Source: Octopus sinensis | Taxonomy: Eukaryota | NCBI RefSeq assembly: GCF_006345805.1 | Contig: NW_021832227.1 | Span: 62,001-126,000, forward strand | Reading direction: 5' to 3' | DNA length: 64,000 nucleotides | Part shown: positions 38,778-50,233 of the stretch, in pieces | Layout of the letters: the number at the start of each line of letters is the position of its first letter | Position numbering within the stretch: the stretch's first letter is position 1 | Position numbers and translations under genes: made by a program | Notes under the pieces: model-generated | The model's database searches: none | What the model was told of the DNA's origin: nothing | Seen by the model: only the letters and a program-made list of their open reading frames with translations

Positions 38778-40345
38778 TTAGCTTAATCTTCTCTTTTTGG
38801 GCCCATAATCCAGTGACCGTATGGGTGTGTTCTCGTCGAAGCACACTCCACATTCTGAGGCTGCCCTTGGTTGACAATCCGTGTCAGCTTTCTCCTCACT
38901 AGGTATCGATATACCATGCTTTTCTTCAGCCTGCATGCTCTCCAATGTCTTCCTCAGAACTACTGTCTGAATATATGCTCTCACTCTTTCTTCCAACTTG
39001 AGGACATCAAGATGACCCTTGAAAAATCTTGAGACAATTCCATCCCAGGTCATTACAACAGGGATTACTTTCACTTTTGCGTGATGAATTGCTTCAAGTT
39101 CATTTGCCAATTAGTCATATTTGTGGAACTTCTCAACTTCGACCTGCTTGAGGCAATTTTGCGAAGTAATCCCAACTTCGATAAGAGTGATTGTATTCCT
39201 CATTTTGTCATGAACAAATACACCCCTCGACATTAAAATCCGGACAGTTAATAAATCGTCATTTTTATTATCAATTTTATTAAATTAAAAACTTAAGCAT
39301 GCTAATATCATCTATATTTTTTAATTTTATAATATTTGTCCATAAATCTTTTTAAAATATTGAGAATAAAGCAAAAACCGATTTTTTCAAGACAAAAAAT
39401 TCCGGACAAATGTCAAAAAATAAAATATCAGTAAGGAATATGCTTTCCTTTCGATTTATACAACTCTAAACTACGAGTTTTCATCGAATCTATTAATTTT
39501 CGAATAAAATCAATTGGAATTTTATTCCAAATTTCTAATATTTTATCCTTTTGTTGATGTTTATTTTTTGGTCGATTTTCTGTATCATCCCTCGATAATT
39601 CATATTTAATTTTTGACCAAATATGTCCAATGGATTCATATTGGGGGATTGTGCCGGAAAATCGAATAAATTAATTTTGTTTGCAGAAAAATACTCCTTT
39701 GTTGCTTTCGAAGTATGACATGGGGCATTGTCTTGCTGGAATATGATGCTGTTTAATTTCATTTTAATGGCTGATTTTTCCAGATTGTTAGCAAGAATGT
39801 TTATATATTGTCCTGAGTTTATTTTTTCATCAATGAAACATAACGAACCCATTCCAAAATATGAAAAGTATTCCCAGACCATAATTTTTCCGCCACCACA
39901 CTTGACAGTTGGGTGATAATTTGAATTTTTGAATTCATTCCCCCTTTTTCGGTATATTATTTTTCTTTTGGGTGCATAATAAACTTCAAAAGTACACTCG
40001 TCTGAAAAAATGATTGATCTCCATCCTTCATCATACATACCAACGAATATTTTCGATATTTCATATCTTTTGAGTATTTTTTTTACTTAACAATGGTTTT
40101 TTCTTTGCTACTCTTCCAAATAAACCATTCTTATTCAAATAACGATTTAATAAAAATGACGATTTATTAACTGTCCGGATTTTAATGTCGAGGGGTGTAT
40201 ATCAGGCTTGTTATTCGTCACAGCTGTATCCGTACTAATCGTAGTATCCACACGAATCTCCACAAATTCATTGCTAACAACAGATTGAACTGACTGTGTC
40301 TTTAGTTTCTTAGTTTTCCTTATTCCATATTGACGACAGAGATGT
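38778..40345 (-). mobile_element. R4/NeSL-like RLE 3' fragment split by a Tc1 insertion
   Basis: Rejoined: HLHLCRQYG..EIRVDTTISTD..NNKPD|IFVHDK..IEVGITSQNCLKQVEVEKFHKYD*LANEL..VIPVVMTWDGIV..AYIQTVVLRKTLES. Confidence 0.8.
39221..40197 (-). mobile_element. Internally deleted Tc1 element (DDE domain only) with ~50-bp TIRs and TA TSD
   Basis: TA|CACCCCTCGACATTAAAATCCGGACAG... and its reverse complement ending 40197|TA; WRSIIFSDE, GGGKIMVW, FQQDNAPCH, SPNMNP. Confidence 0.92.
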
Positions 40346-40413
40346 AAGTGAATTTTTTTAAAATAAAATTAATTTTTTTAATAAAATATTTATTAATATC
40401 TAGTACATTTCTG

Positions 40414-41392
40414 ATGTGGTCCGGACCAGATGACTTTAGATCAGACGATTTAAACGATTATATAGATAGCGACGATGATTTATATTACCCACAAAAGGCA
40501 AAGTTGACTTGTTTTAATAAAATTTAAGACTAGACGATTTTTTATGGACTCTAATACCAGAAAAGCCTATTTTATGCTCTGACCTGGTCATCATATCCGA
40601 TCAATTCACTAAAGGTTATTGAATGCTCTATAATTGCCCAGGTTTTGTCAACCATTTTCTAAATTTTGACCGCTTTGTACTTGTTTTGGAGTGCAAACTA
40701 AACCGAGAGTCTATCCTTGGAAAGGAGTGTTCAGCGAAAAGACTTTCTCTAGAGTTTATATATTTTGAATCCATTTGTAGTGTTTTTAGCTTATTTCGAA
40801 CTGAAAATGACACAAACTGTTCAAAGTTTATTTTATTTGTGGAAGATCATCTCATCCCACAAGAACTATATACAGATATTGTGAATAAAGTTTATTATAA
40901 TATTTTAAAAATAATAATTTATTATAGATATTATCATATTTCATTAAAACGGAATCATTAATAATGTTGAAAAGCGAACCATTAATTAATTTCCGTTTTC
41001 CAAATGAGGATTCGTATTTCAAAGCCGACCATTCGGCCTTTACTTACTACATTCAAACCAGCAAAGCTGCTATGACGGAAATCGAAGGGGAGGGTCTACC
41101 TCCTTCTAATTACGTGGGCGGAATATGTGCTCAAAGTATTTACCGACATTAATAATGTTAGTAATGACTGTTGCACAGATCGCGGACAAGTCGGCAACTT
41201 TGTATGTTTTGTATGGAAACCAGAGAATGCCAGTGGAATCGGATTTTTGTGTGTTTATGAAAGTTTTGAAAGCTTTTTGTCCAAATAATTTATTTGTGAG
41301 TTTTTATTGATCATTTGTAGGGAGAGGCTGAAATGAGAGAGAGGATGACTCGATATTTTAATAGTATTGATAGTAGTTTGATATATATTTGA
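40414..41392 (+). CDS. Probable proteasome assembly chaperone 1 (PSMG1/PAC1)-like gene
   Basis: Acidic N-terminus; LPPSNYVGGICAQS..QIADKSATLYVLY resembles PAC1 LEQPN..AAV..CQ..IPAxLY; ends SSLIYI* (PAC1 ends SNIYT*). By-eye match only. Confidence 0.45.
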
Positions 41393-43729
41393 TTTTCATT
41401 TTATTTGATGGATATTTGTTTAAAATTTTGATTTTTATAAAAATTTAGAGTTCAAAGATTAGGGTTTTGTCGGAAAGCAGAGTGCGGACTCGACGCCTAG
41501 TCTCGTTCGTTGTCTGAATAAGCAAGACAAATCACTCCACTGACTAATAACGGTTATCTATTACTTCCCACAGTATTAAAACAAGATATCAGTCTTCAAA
41601 TCTCACTGTGGTAGGGTCGGGTAATTTTTTCACGTTAAGTCAAATTGAGTCACAAAATCTATCCATGATGATGCCCTTTCCTCAATTCCTTTAAGTTTTA
41701 TTTTTGCAATGATATTTTTTTAGGAACTTAAAATCTTGGTTGTCAAGAGTTGTTGATTTTACGTAGAAAAATGTTGTTTATCCTGGGCCGATATTGTGCA
41801 TTCTAGCCGATTTTTTTTTGGCCAATTTTTGAATTCAAATACTTTATTAAATTCTAACTGAATTTAGTCCATTTGACAAAATAGTTTTAAAATAAATGAA
41901 ACACTAGTCTGTTTTTATCTACAAACTTTAGATGAAGCTAGATTCTCGTAAAATTGATTTAGATAATTTCATGAGACTTAAAATTATACAAAATTGTCAA
42001 AAAATTGAAATATTTGTCGTTGTCATAAATTATTATTGACAATTTATTGGGTTTTCGAGTTTTAACGTCAATTCGTATCGTTAATTCATAAATATTAGTG
42101 TTAACGATTTTTGCGTCCAAACGTGTATGTGAGTTTAATAAAACATTTCTAATGGATCAATCAACGAAAGATAATCAAACAGGAACCTACAATAACTTAG
42201 ATCATATGGTCCATGGGAAGCCTAGAACGGAACAATATAATATCCTTTCCCCAATACGATGTCGCAACAGGATTGCTTTGCCAATCTGTTATCTCCACGA
42301 GCTATCAAGTAACGCAGAAGGATGTAATCAAATGGGCGATTGAAATGGTTAACGTCTCTTGTGCAAGATTACGAAGAATACAACGTGGTGGATGGCATAT
42401 GATCACAGTTTGTCACGTCTAGATTTGTGGCGAATTTAAAGAGCCTGGCTAAGAGAAAACAAAGTCTAATTTTCTTATGGATCAAGAAAAGAATCACATG
42501 ACTGAAACCTCCAAGTTTAGAAAATGTTCAAATGAATTTTCTTTCCAAAAAGGCCAAGTAAAGTCTATTTCTCAAAAAATGTGGAAACCGACCCAAAAGT
42601 CTCATCCAGACTACTAAAAATGAATATTGTCTGGAATAAATGGCGTGATTGTGAATACATAAAGGCAACCCCTCTTTTAAATTTGATGGCTAAAATTTCA
42701 AGCACTTACAAAATACCCTTCTAGGAATAACAACTGAAATAACAGCAAAACTTATTAACTTAAAGCACAACATGAACAGACTAATTGACCAAAATGGAAA
42801 ATTGAAGTTTGATAATGAGGGATGCGGTGAATGAATACAGATTTCGAAAATCAAAGAAAGAAGAACTTGAAACAATTTCTGCCTGCATTGGAGTAGAAAT
42901 AAAGATTTTTGGAAGAAAGAACTATTGAATGCAACTTCCTTTGATTGTTTAAATGATCCCAACGTCGATGTTGCTGAATCCTTTCATTGGTCGTCACATA
43001 GAAATAATTTACCAAGAACCGAGGGGCCGGTCTGCTTCATACAAGACATAATCTATTTTTTGACAATGCTGGGGCAATTTACACTTCAAAATTTTACGCT
43101 TGTTTTCAGAAAAACTTCTGATTTCCTTTGCAACAACGAAAAAATCATCTTACCCTCTCAGTCCGAGATTTTTGAAGTAAATATTGGTACAAATAATGAT
43201 CTGTCGTTTTGATAACCCTAATTTTTGTTCTGAATCTTGTAACTAATGAAAACAGGTTTAGATGCGACTAGACTTTGATATATAAAAATCGGATTTTGAA
43301 ATCAGTAAAATCCCAATTGATTTTGTAAATGACAACAATTTAATGACATTTTAAGATATTACACAATCTATTTGTTATTATTGTCCTACTTTACTTATCA
43401 ATTACCCAAAAAATCGATTTTGACTAATTTTGACAATCGTCAGGGTATTTTTTGTTCTGACAAGTATGAGGTGGGACAAATGAAACAAACCTTTAGGAGT
43501 AAATTTGTCTAAGGAGATTGATTAGGAATAGGCTTGCTAAAAACTGATTCTAGGTTGGATAAAAACTGATTTTCTCTATTTACTGATCTAAGTAAGCAAA
43601 CTATTTTATTTTGGTTGTATTTATGAACGTACTAAGGTTGAAAGTTATTATTTAATTAACAACCAAATACAACAAATATTTGTACAAACATAACAACAAA
43701 GAAAATCGTTAAATATTTAAAAGTGAATT

Positions 43730-44011
43730 TCATGATTCAGTTGACGATTCTGTCTTTTTAACGTGTAGATATTGACAATCAGATTTCGAACAATGACCCA
43801 GAAAAGCAAAATACTTACATATTTCTTGCTTCTTATTTTCGATTGATTCAAGGCTCCTCAATTCCTCTACAGAATGTGCAAAATTGCATTTATCCCCAAA
43901 GCGACAAGAATTATGAATTTGAAAAACTTGGCACATTTTTGTCTTGTAGTTTCGCTTTTCTTTCTTGGCAGGTCTCTCGGGAATTTCTTGTTGGTCCTCA
44001 CCAGACTGCAT
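43730..44011 (-). CDS. Small tandem CCCH zinc-finger RNA-binding protein (ZFP36/TIS11-like)
   Basis: NYKTKMCQVFQIHNSCRFGDKCNFAH (YKT lead-in, Cx8Cx5Cx3H); second finger Cx8Cx4Cx3H; 93 aa, no intron. Confidence 0.8.
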   Translation of the reverse strand: MQSGEDQQEIPERPAKKEKRNYKTKMCQVFQIHNSCRFGDKCNFAHSVEELRSLESIENKKQEICKYFAFLGHCSKSDCQYLHVKKTESSTES

Positions 44012-44666
44012 CTACCCTGTCTATGAGAAAAATGTTTCTTATTAGCGTGGAATTCGTTATTTATATTTAAATTAATAGCGCAATTTTATAAATCACAAAG
44101 CAGACGTCGTCATTTATTCTGTTTGTTAATTATACATTATTGACTTAAAATGAGAGAGGGTTAAAATGAGTGGCAATCGATTGGTCTGTCTCCACTCTAT
44201 GTTATAATTTATATTCAGTCTACGAGCATTGCTAGAGGACGGTTAGATTTCGGCCAAGCGGATAGCTTACGCGTAAGCGAGATTCTTGTTCTCAGCCAAG
44301 AAGATTCGCGTGCATCAATTTTGTTCCGATTTTTTTATTTTTTGCGTTTTTTATTATTTTGTCCTGATTAAAGAAATTTATTCAAATGTTTATCTTAAAT
44401 CGATTTAACATCAAAACTTAAGTCAAGCCACAGAATTCAAAGAATTTATGGTTTGATTTCTATATACTTTGCGACGAAATATATATCAATGATTTTTAAA
44501 TTAAAGTCGATAACATAATCCGCTATCATATAAATCGATTTGAGGTTTATTTGCCGATACTTATGTGGTTTTTGACAATTCATGCCGGTAAAAAATCGAT
44601 TCTGTTTAAACAATATCAAATTATGCCAAAAATTACTAAAAAACTAAATCGAACAAGTATTGTCAG

Positions 44667-45066
44667 TATTATGTTTATGATAGATATGTAGCCTGGCGGA
44701 TTGCCAAATTGTTTCCCCGGATAATGGCGATTAGCCAGTCCGCCTCCTGAGGATCATGGGTGCGCATTGAGATTTTGGCTCCGAGCTTGCGAAGGAACTT
44801 TTCAGTTTTTGGACCGAGAGCACCCGACGTCTCCGCCGCGATCGGCACCACGGAAAACTCCTCCGAGAGGGCAGAATATTTTGATAGCTTTAAATCTTCA
44901 GCCTTCTTAGCTGCAGATTTAGCCTCCAGAGCACACGAAGTTAAGTGAGAAGCAGAAAAGGTGTTCCAGCAGGTTGCATCTCATATGAGGCCTTTTCCGC
45001 CTTCAAAGGGGAAAAGGGTCATCCCGTCAGGACGTTTCCCGTCGCCGCGGTCAAGACCCGGTGCCA
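44667..45066 (-). mobile_element. CRE-like RLE 3' fragment; a second copy of its 3' end lies at 45229-45280
   Basis: [62 protein letters not shown]. Confidence 0.85.
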
Positions 45067-45899
45067 AAATAATTAGAATTTAAGAAATTAGAATTCAAAT
45101 AAACCAAACAATTAAAAAAATAACGACAATTTTATTAATCAGGTCGCGTTAATGGAATCCCAATCGTACAATTTGCAATTTTTTCTGCATTTCTGTAAAA
45201 ATTCTGTATTTTTTCCAGAGTTCGATAATATTATGTTTATGATAGATATGTAGCCTGGCGGATGGCCAAACTGTTTTCCCTAAATTTGTTTTTATTTTGT
45301 TTCTCTTCTTTCAGACAACTGTATCTAAGATTTTTTTTATCAAAAACCTCATAATCTATTTAAGATGTATTTCATTAATTCATTCTTATTTTTTAGACAC
45401 AAAAAATATATTTTCATTGGAGTAAAAAAAGAGAATAATGTTTTCACCCGAATAATGCCATATTTAATTAATGTTTTTTTTAATAAAAATTTTTTGAAAA
45501 CTAACGAATATTTATTCATGACTGCTAATATCGATATATTTTTGCTACGATCAACAACAACAGGAAAACATGGAAATCGGTCTTTTTATGATCTTATAAG
45601 AGCTTTAAAACCGATTTGTTTAGACAAAAATGAAATTTTAATCCATTGAAACATAGATCAAAGCCAAAATAGAATGGCTATATAAAAGAGAATCAAACTC
45701 CTGATGCAGTATGGTGGCAATGTGCTATCCAAAAAAATCAACAACTATTTTCGGTTTTATCTCATCAGAAGATTCGACTTTATCCGTAAAGCGGATAGAA
45801 CAACTCAACACCGAAATAGGGAAAAGGCTACTAAGCTTATCTCACTTCTCGATGACTTCGAAAACATCGAAAGAAGAAATTGTTATCTGATGTAAAAAC

Positions 45900-46330
45900 T
45901 CAAAAAGAATGTATCAAAGGACACTCGGTCTGCTCATCACTACATCCCAGGTTGTATGAACTTTTGTAAAACCCGTCCTTAAATGTGAGGAATATCAAAA
46001 ACGGATGGAAAGAACTTTTAATTTTTCCATAGAAAGCAATTTGTCCTATGCATGTAAGAAGTGAAATATTGTAAAAAGGATGCTTTTTGGATTCCTAAGT
46101 ACCTCAATCATGAATATGCAGTGAAAGTTTGGATACATATCGAAAATAGAGCAGGATACATCCGCGAATATCGCTATGGAGAAATTCTTTAAAACACATG
46201 GAGTAATGTTTCGAAGTTGACCTCAAGTTCCAAAGGATGACGTAAAGTCAGTAAGAAGAACACTAAATAGCGGTGAAGACCTCGGCAGTCTAGGGACCCC
46301 AGGATCAAATAGGGAAGAGGGAAAAAAACT
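45900..46330 (+). mobile_element. Degraded RTE-like LINE 3' fragment
   Basis: TFVKPVL and RRTLNSGEDLGSL parallel TFIVPVL and KRLKSGDDLDSL of the 58480 ORF. Confidence 0.4.
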
Positions 46331-46369
46331 GGTCTCAAAAATTATTCATGTCAAGCACTAGTGGATTTA

Positions 46370-49300
46370 TCTTAATAATAAAATGGTATGGTGTGTGTCT
46401 GTCTGTCTGTGTGTCTGTCTGTCTGTCTGTCTGTGCACACCCACATTCAAATTGTTACAAACCAGATCAAATTGTCAAAACCTTCCCTTTTGTAGTTATT
46501 CGATAATGAGGCACAATAAAAGGTTGATATCCTCTAAGAACCTTCCTGTCAAAAAATTTTAATAAGAAAGAATATCCTCGATGATGAGGTCCCCCAAAAC
46601 CTTCAAGTCAATTTTCTGCGTTTTTGTTAAAATGAACAACAAGAAAGTCCTCGACTCACATGATGTGGTCCCCCAAAACCTTCAAGCCAAAAAAATTAAA
46701 AAAATTATTTTCTGCGTTTTTGTTAAAATGAACAACAAGAAAGTCCTCGACTCACATGATGTGGTCCCCCAAAACCTTCAAGCCAAAAAAATTAAAAAAA
46801 TTATTTTCTGCGTTTTTGTTAAAATGAACAACAAGAAAGTCCTCGACTCACATGATGTGGTCCCCCAAAACCTTCAAGCAAAAAATTAAAAAAAATTATT
46901 TTCTGCGTTTTTGTTAAAATGAACAACAAGAAAGTCCTCGACTCACATGATGTGTCCCCCAAAACCTTCAAGCCAAAAAAATTAAAAAAAATTATTTTCT
47001 GCGTTTTTGTTAAAATGAACAACAAGAAAGTCCTCGACTCACATGATGTGGTCCCCCAAACCTTCAAGCCAAAAAATTAAAAAAAATTATTTTCTGCGTT
47101 TTTGTAAAATGAACAACAAGAAAGTCCTCGACTCACATGATGTGGTCCCCCAAACCTTCAAGCCAAAAAATTAAAAAAATTATTTTCTGCGTTTTTGTTA
47201 AAATGAACAACAAGAAAGTCCTCGACTCACATGATGTGGTCCCCCAAAACCTTCAAGCCAAAAAATTAAAAAAATTATTTTCTGCGTTTTTGTTAAAATG
47301 AACAACAAGAAAGTCCTCGACTCACATGATGTGGTCCCCCAAACCTTCAAGCCAAAAAATTAAAAAAATTATTTTCTGCGTTTTTGTTAAAATGAACAAC
47401 AAGAAAGTCCTCGACTCACATGATGTGGTCCCCCAAAACCTTCAAGCCAAAAAATTAAAAAAAATTATTTTCTGCGTTTTTGTTAAAATGAACAACAAGA
47501 AAGTCCTCGACTCACATGATGTGGTCCCCCAAAACCTTCAAGCCAAAAAATTAAAAAAATTATTTTCTGCGTTTTTGTTAAAATGAACAACAAGAAGTCC
47601 TCGACTCACATGATGTGGTCCCCCAAAACCTTCAAGCCAAAAAATTAAAAAAATTATTTTCTGCGTTTTTGTTAAAATGAACAACAAGAAAGTCCTCGAC
47701 TCACATGATGTGGTCCCCCAAAACCTTCAAGCTAAAAAATTAAAAAAATTATTTTCTGCGTTTTTGTTAAAATGAACAACAAGAAAGTCCTCGACTCACA
47801 TGATGTGTCCCCCAAAACCTTCAAGCCAAAAAATTAAAAAAAATATTTTCTGCGTTTTTGTTAAAATGAACAACAAGAAAGTCCTCGACTCACATGATGT
47901 GGTCACCCAAAACCTTCAAGCTAAAAAATTAAAAAAATTATTTTCTGCGTTTTTGTTAAAATGAACAACAAGAAAGTCCTCGACTCACATGATGTGGTCC
48001 CCCAAAACCTTCAAGGTAAAAAATTAAAAAAATTATTTTCTGCGTTTTTGTTAAAATGAACAACAAGAAAGTCCTCGACTCACATGATGTGGTCCCCCAA
48101 AACCTTCAAGGTAAAAAATTAAAAAAAATTATTTTCTGCGTTTTTGTTAAAATGAACAACAAGAAAGTCCTCGACTCACATGATGTGGTCCCCCAAAACT
48201 TTCAAGCCAAAAAATTAAAAAAATTATTTTCTGCGTTTTTGTTAAAATAAACAACAAGAAAGTCCTCGACTCACATGATGTGGTCCCCCAAACCTTCAAG
48301 CCAAAAAATTAAAAAAAATTATTTTCTGCGTTTTTGTTAAAATGAACAACAAGAAAGTCCTCGACTCACATGATGTGGTCCCTCAAAACCTTCAAGCCAA
48401 AAAATTAAAAAAAATTATTTTCTGCGTTTTTGTTAAAATGAACAACAAGAAAGTCCTCGACTCACATGATGTGGTCCCTCAAAACCTTCAAGCCAAAAAA
48501 TTAAAAAAAATATTTTCTGCGTTTTTGTTAAAATGAACAACAAGAAAGTCCTCGACTCACATGATGTGGTCCCCCAAAACCTTCAAGCCCAAAAATTAAA
48601 AAAAATATTTTCTGCGTTTTTGTTAAAATGAACGACAAGAAAGTCCTCGACTCACATGATGAGGTCCTCCACAACCTTCAAGCCTCGTGAGGCCATTAAT
48701 TAGCTTAGCTATCTTTTTTCGATGACATAAATTCTTTTTGTTAAATTTTCGTTAAAAAAATAAAATAAAAGCTCTAATTGTTATTGACCATGAATATACT
48801 GTGCAATTATCAGATTTTGAAAACCACTAAAAAGGAAAAAGCAAAAATTATTAGAGATTTACATAATTGATTCTTTTTAACTGCCGAAACTGACAAATTC
48901 GATTATGCTACTGTTTAGATTTCTTAAAAGATAGAGGCAAATAAAATTTAAATTAGTCATGTAAATTTCAATTTGCCTATATTTAAATCTCCTTGATTTA
49001 ACAGGCTTTAATTTTTTTCCTTATAATACTACAAAGATGAAGCTGATTATCATTTTCTTTACCGAAACAGACAAGTTCGATTATGCTAAATTTAATATAA
49101 ATTACTGATTCGCGTTTACAAAATCATAAGAATGTCCTATAAAGAGAGATCTGAGAATGTTAACAAACAAGAGAATATGAACCATATAACAAAAAAAGAG
49201 AAACGAGGGAAGATGTGCTTAAATGGTGAGGGAACTTAGACAACAGCTGAACAAGGTCAGGACTGCTGTTAGACTCAACTACGGGTAATAGAATTATGCA

Positions 49301-50233
49301 TTCTAGGTTAATTGTTTGGGATGAATGTACGATGGCTCATAAAGGCGCATTCAAGCAGTTGACCGAACATATAGAGATATCAAGAATTGTAGCGACCATT
49401 TGTTTGGGGGAGCATTAGTTGTATTGGCAGGTGATTTTAGACAGACGCTGCCAATTATTCAAAGAGGGACGCCAGCGGATGAATTGAATGCCTGCCTCAA
49501 ATCGTCATATTTGTGGACACACGTGAAAAAGGTTAGCTTAGATGTAAATGTACATGCACATTTACAAGGCGTTAATAGCATATTCCCACAAATCCTTCTA
49601 GATATTGGAAATGGGGCAATCACTTCAGAAATGCACGACCAGAAAATTAGGCTACCGGAAGAATTATGTATTTTCGTAGAAACAGCAGAAGAATTATTGA
49701 ATGCCGTCTATCCGAACTATCTGAACACTACGTGAAATTCGACTGGCTGCGTGAACGAGCTATATTAGCTCCACTTAATGATGAGGTACTTAATAAAATT
49801 TAGATTATTAATGAAAATCCCTGGCAGAGAAAGAATATATAAATCGGTCGACGTTATTATGGACCATGAAAGGGCCTGCGATAGATTTAAGAGACTACAA
49901 TTTCCGCTGAAGATAAGTTTTGCTATGACAATAAACAAGGCCCAGGGACAGTCTTAAAGGTAGTAGGCTTATTTTTAGAGAACGAGTGCTTTTCACTGGC
50001 CAGCTGTATGTGGGGTGCTCAAGGGTAGGTAGAAGAGAAATTTATTTATATTTGCCAAGGATGGACGGACTGCAAACATCGTTTATCCACAGGCCTTAGA
50101 ATAAGGTTATATCAAAGCAGGTCGCATTTATATATCTACATAAATTTATAGTTATTTAAGGAAACTGCGAGCGTAGCGAGCAGGGCCTCCGCAGGAGCTA
50201 GCTCGCAGTGAGCGAAGCGAACTGCTGAGCTAG
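46370..50233 (+). mobile_element. Helitron 3, non-autonomous, with subfamily-B satellite array
   Basis: A|TCTTAATAATAAAATGG, (GTCT)n, hairpin AGCTC-GCAGT/ACTGC-T-GAGCT, CTAG|T; helicase fragment 49280-50104 with an internal deletion. Confidence 0.9.
46580..48680 (+). repeat. ~94-bp satellite array (about 22 units), subfamily B
   Basis: Unit GTTAAAATGAACAACAAGAAAGTCCTCGACTCACATGATGTGGTCCCCCAAAACCTTCAAGCCAAAAAATTAAAAAAATTATTTTCTGCGTTTTT. Confidence 0.95.

Noticed and set aside
46580-48680. Heat-shock elements in the Helitron arrays, as in Caenorhabditis
   Set aside because: No nGAAnnTTCn triplets seen in either monomer.
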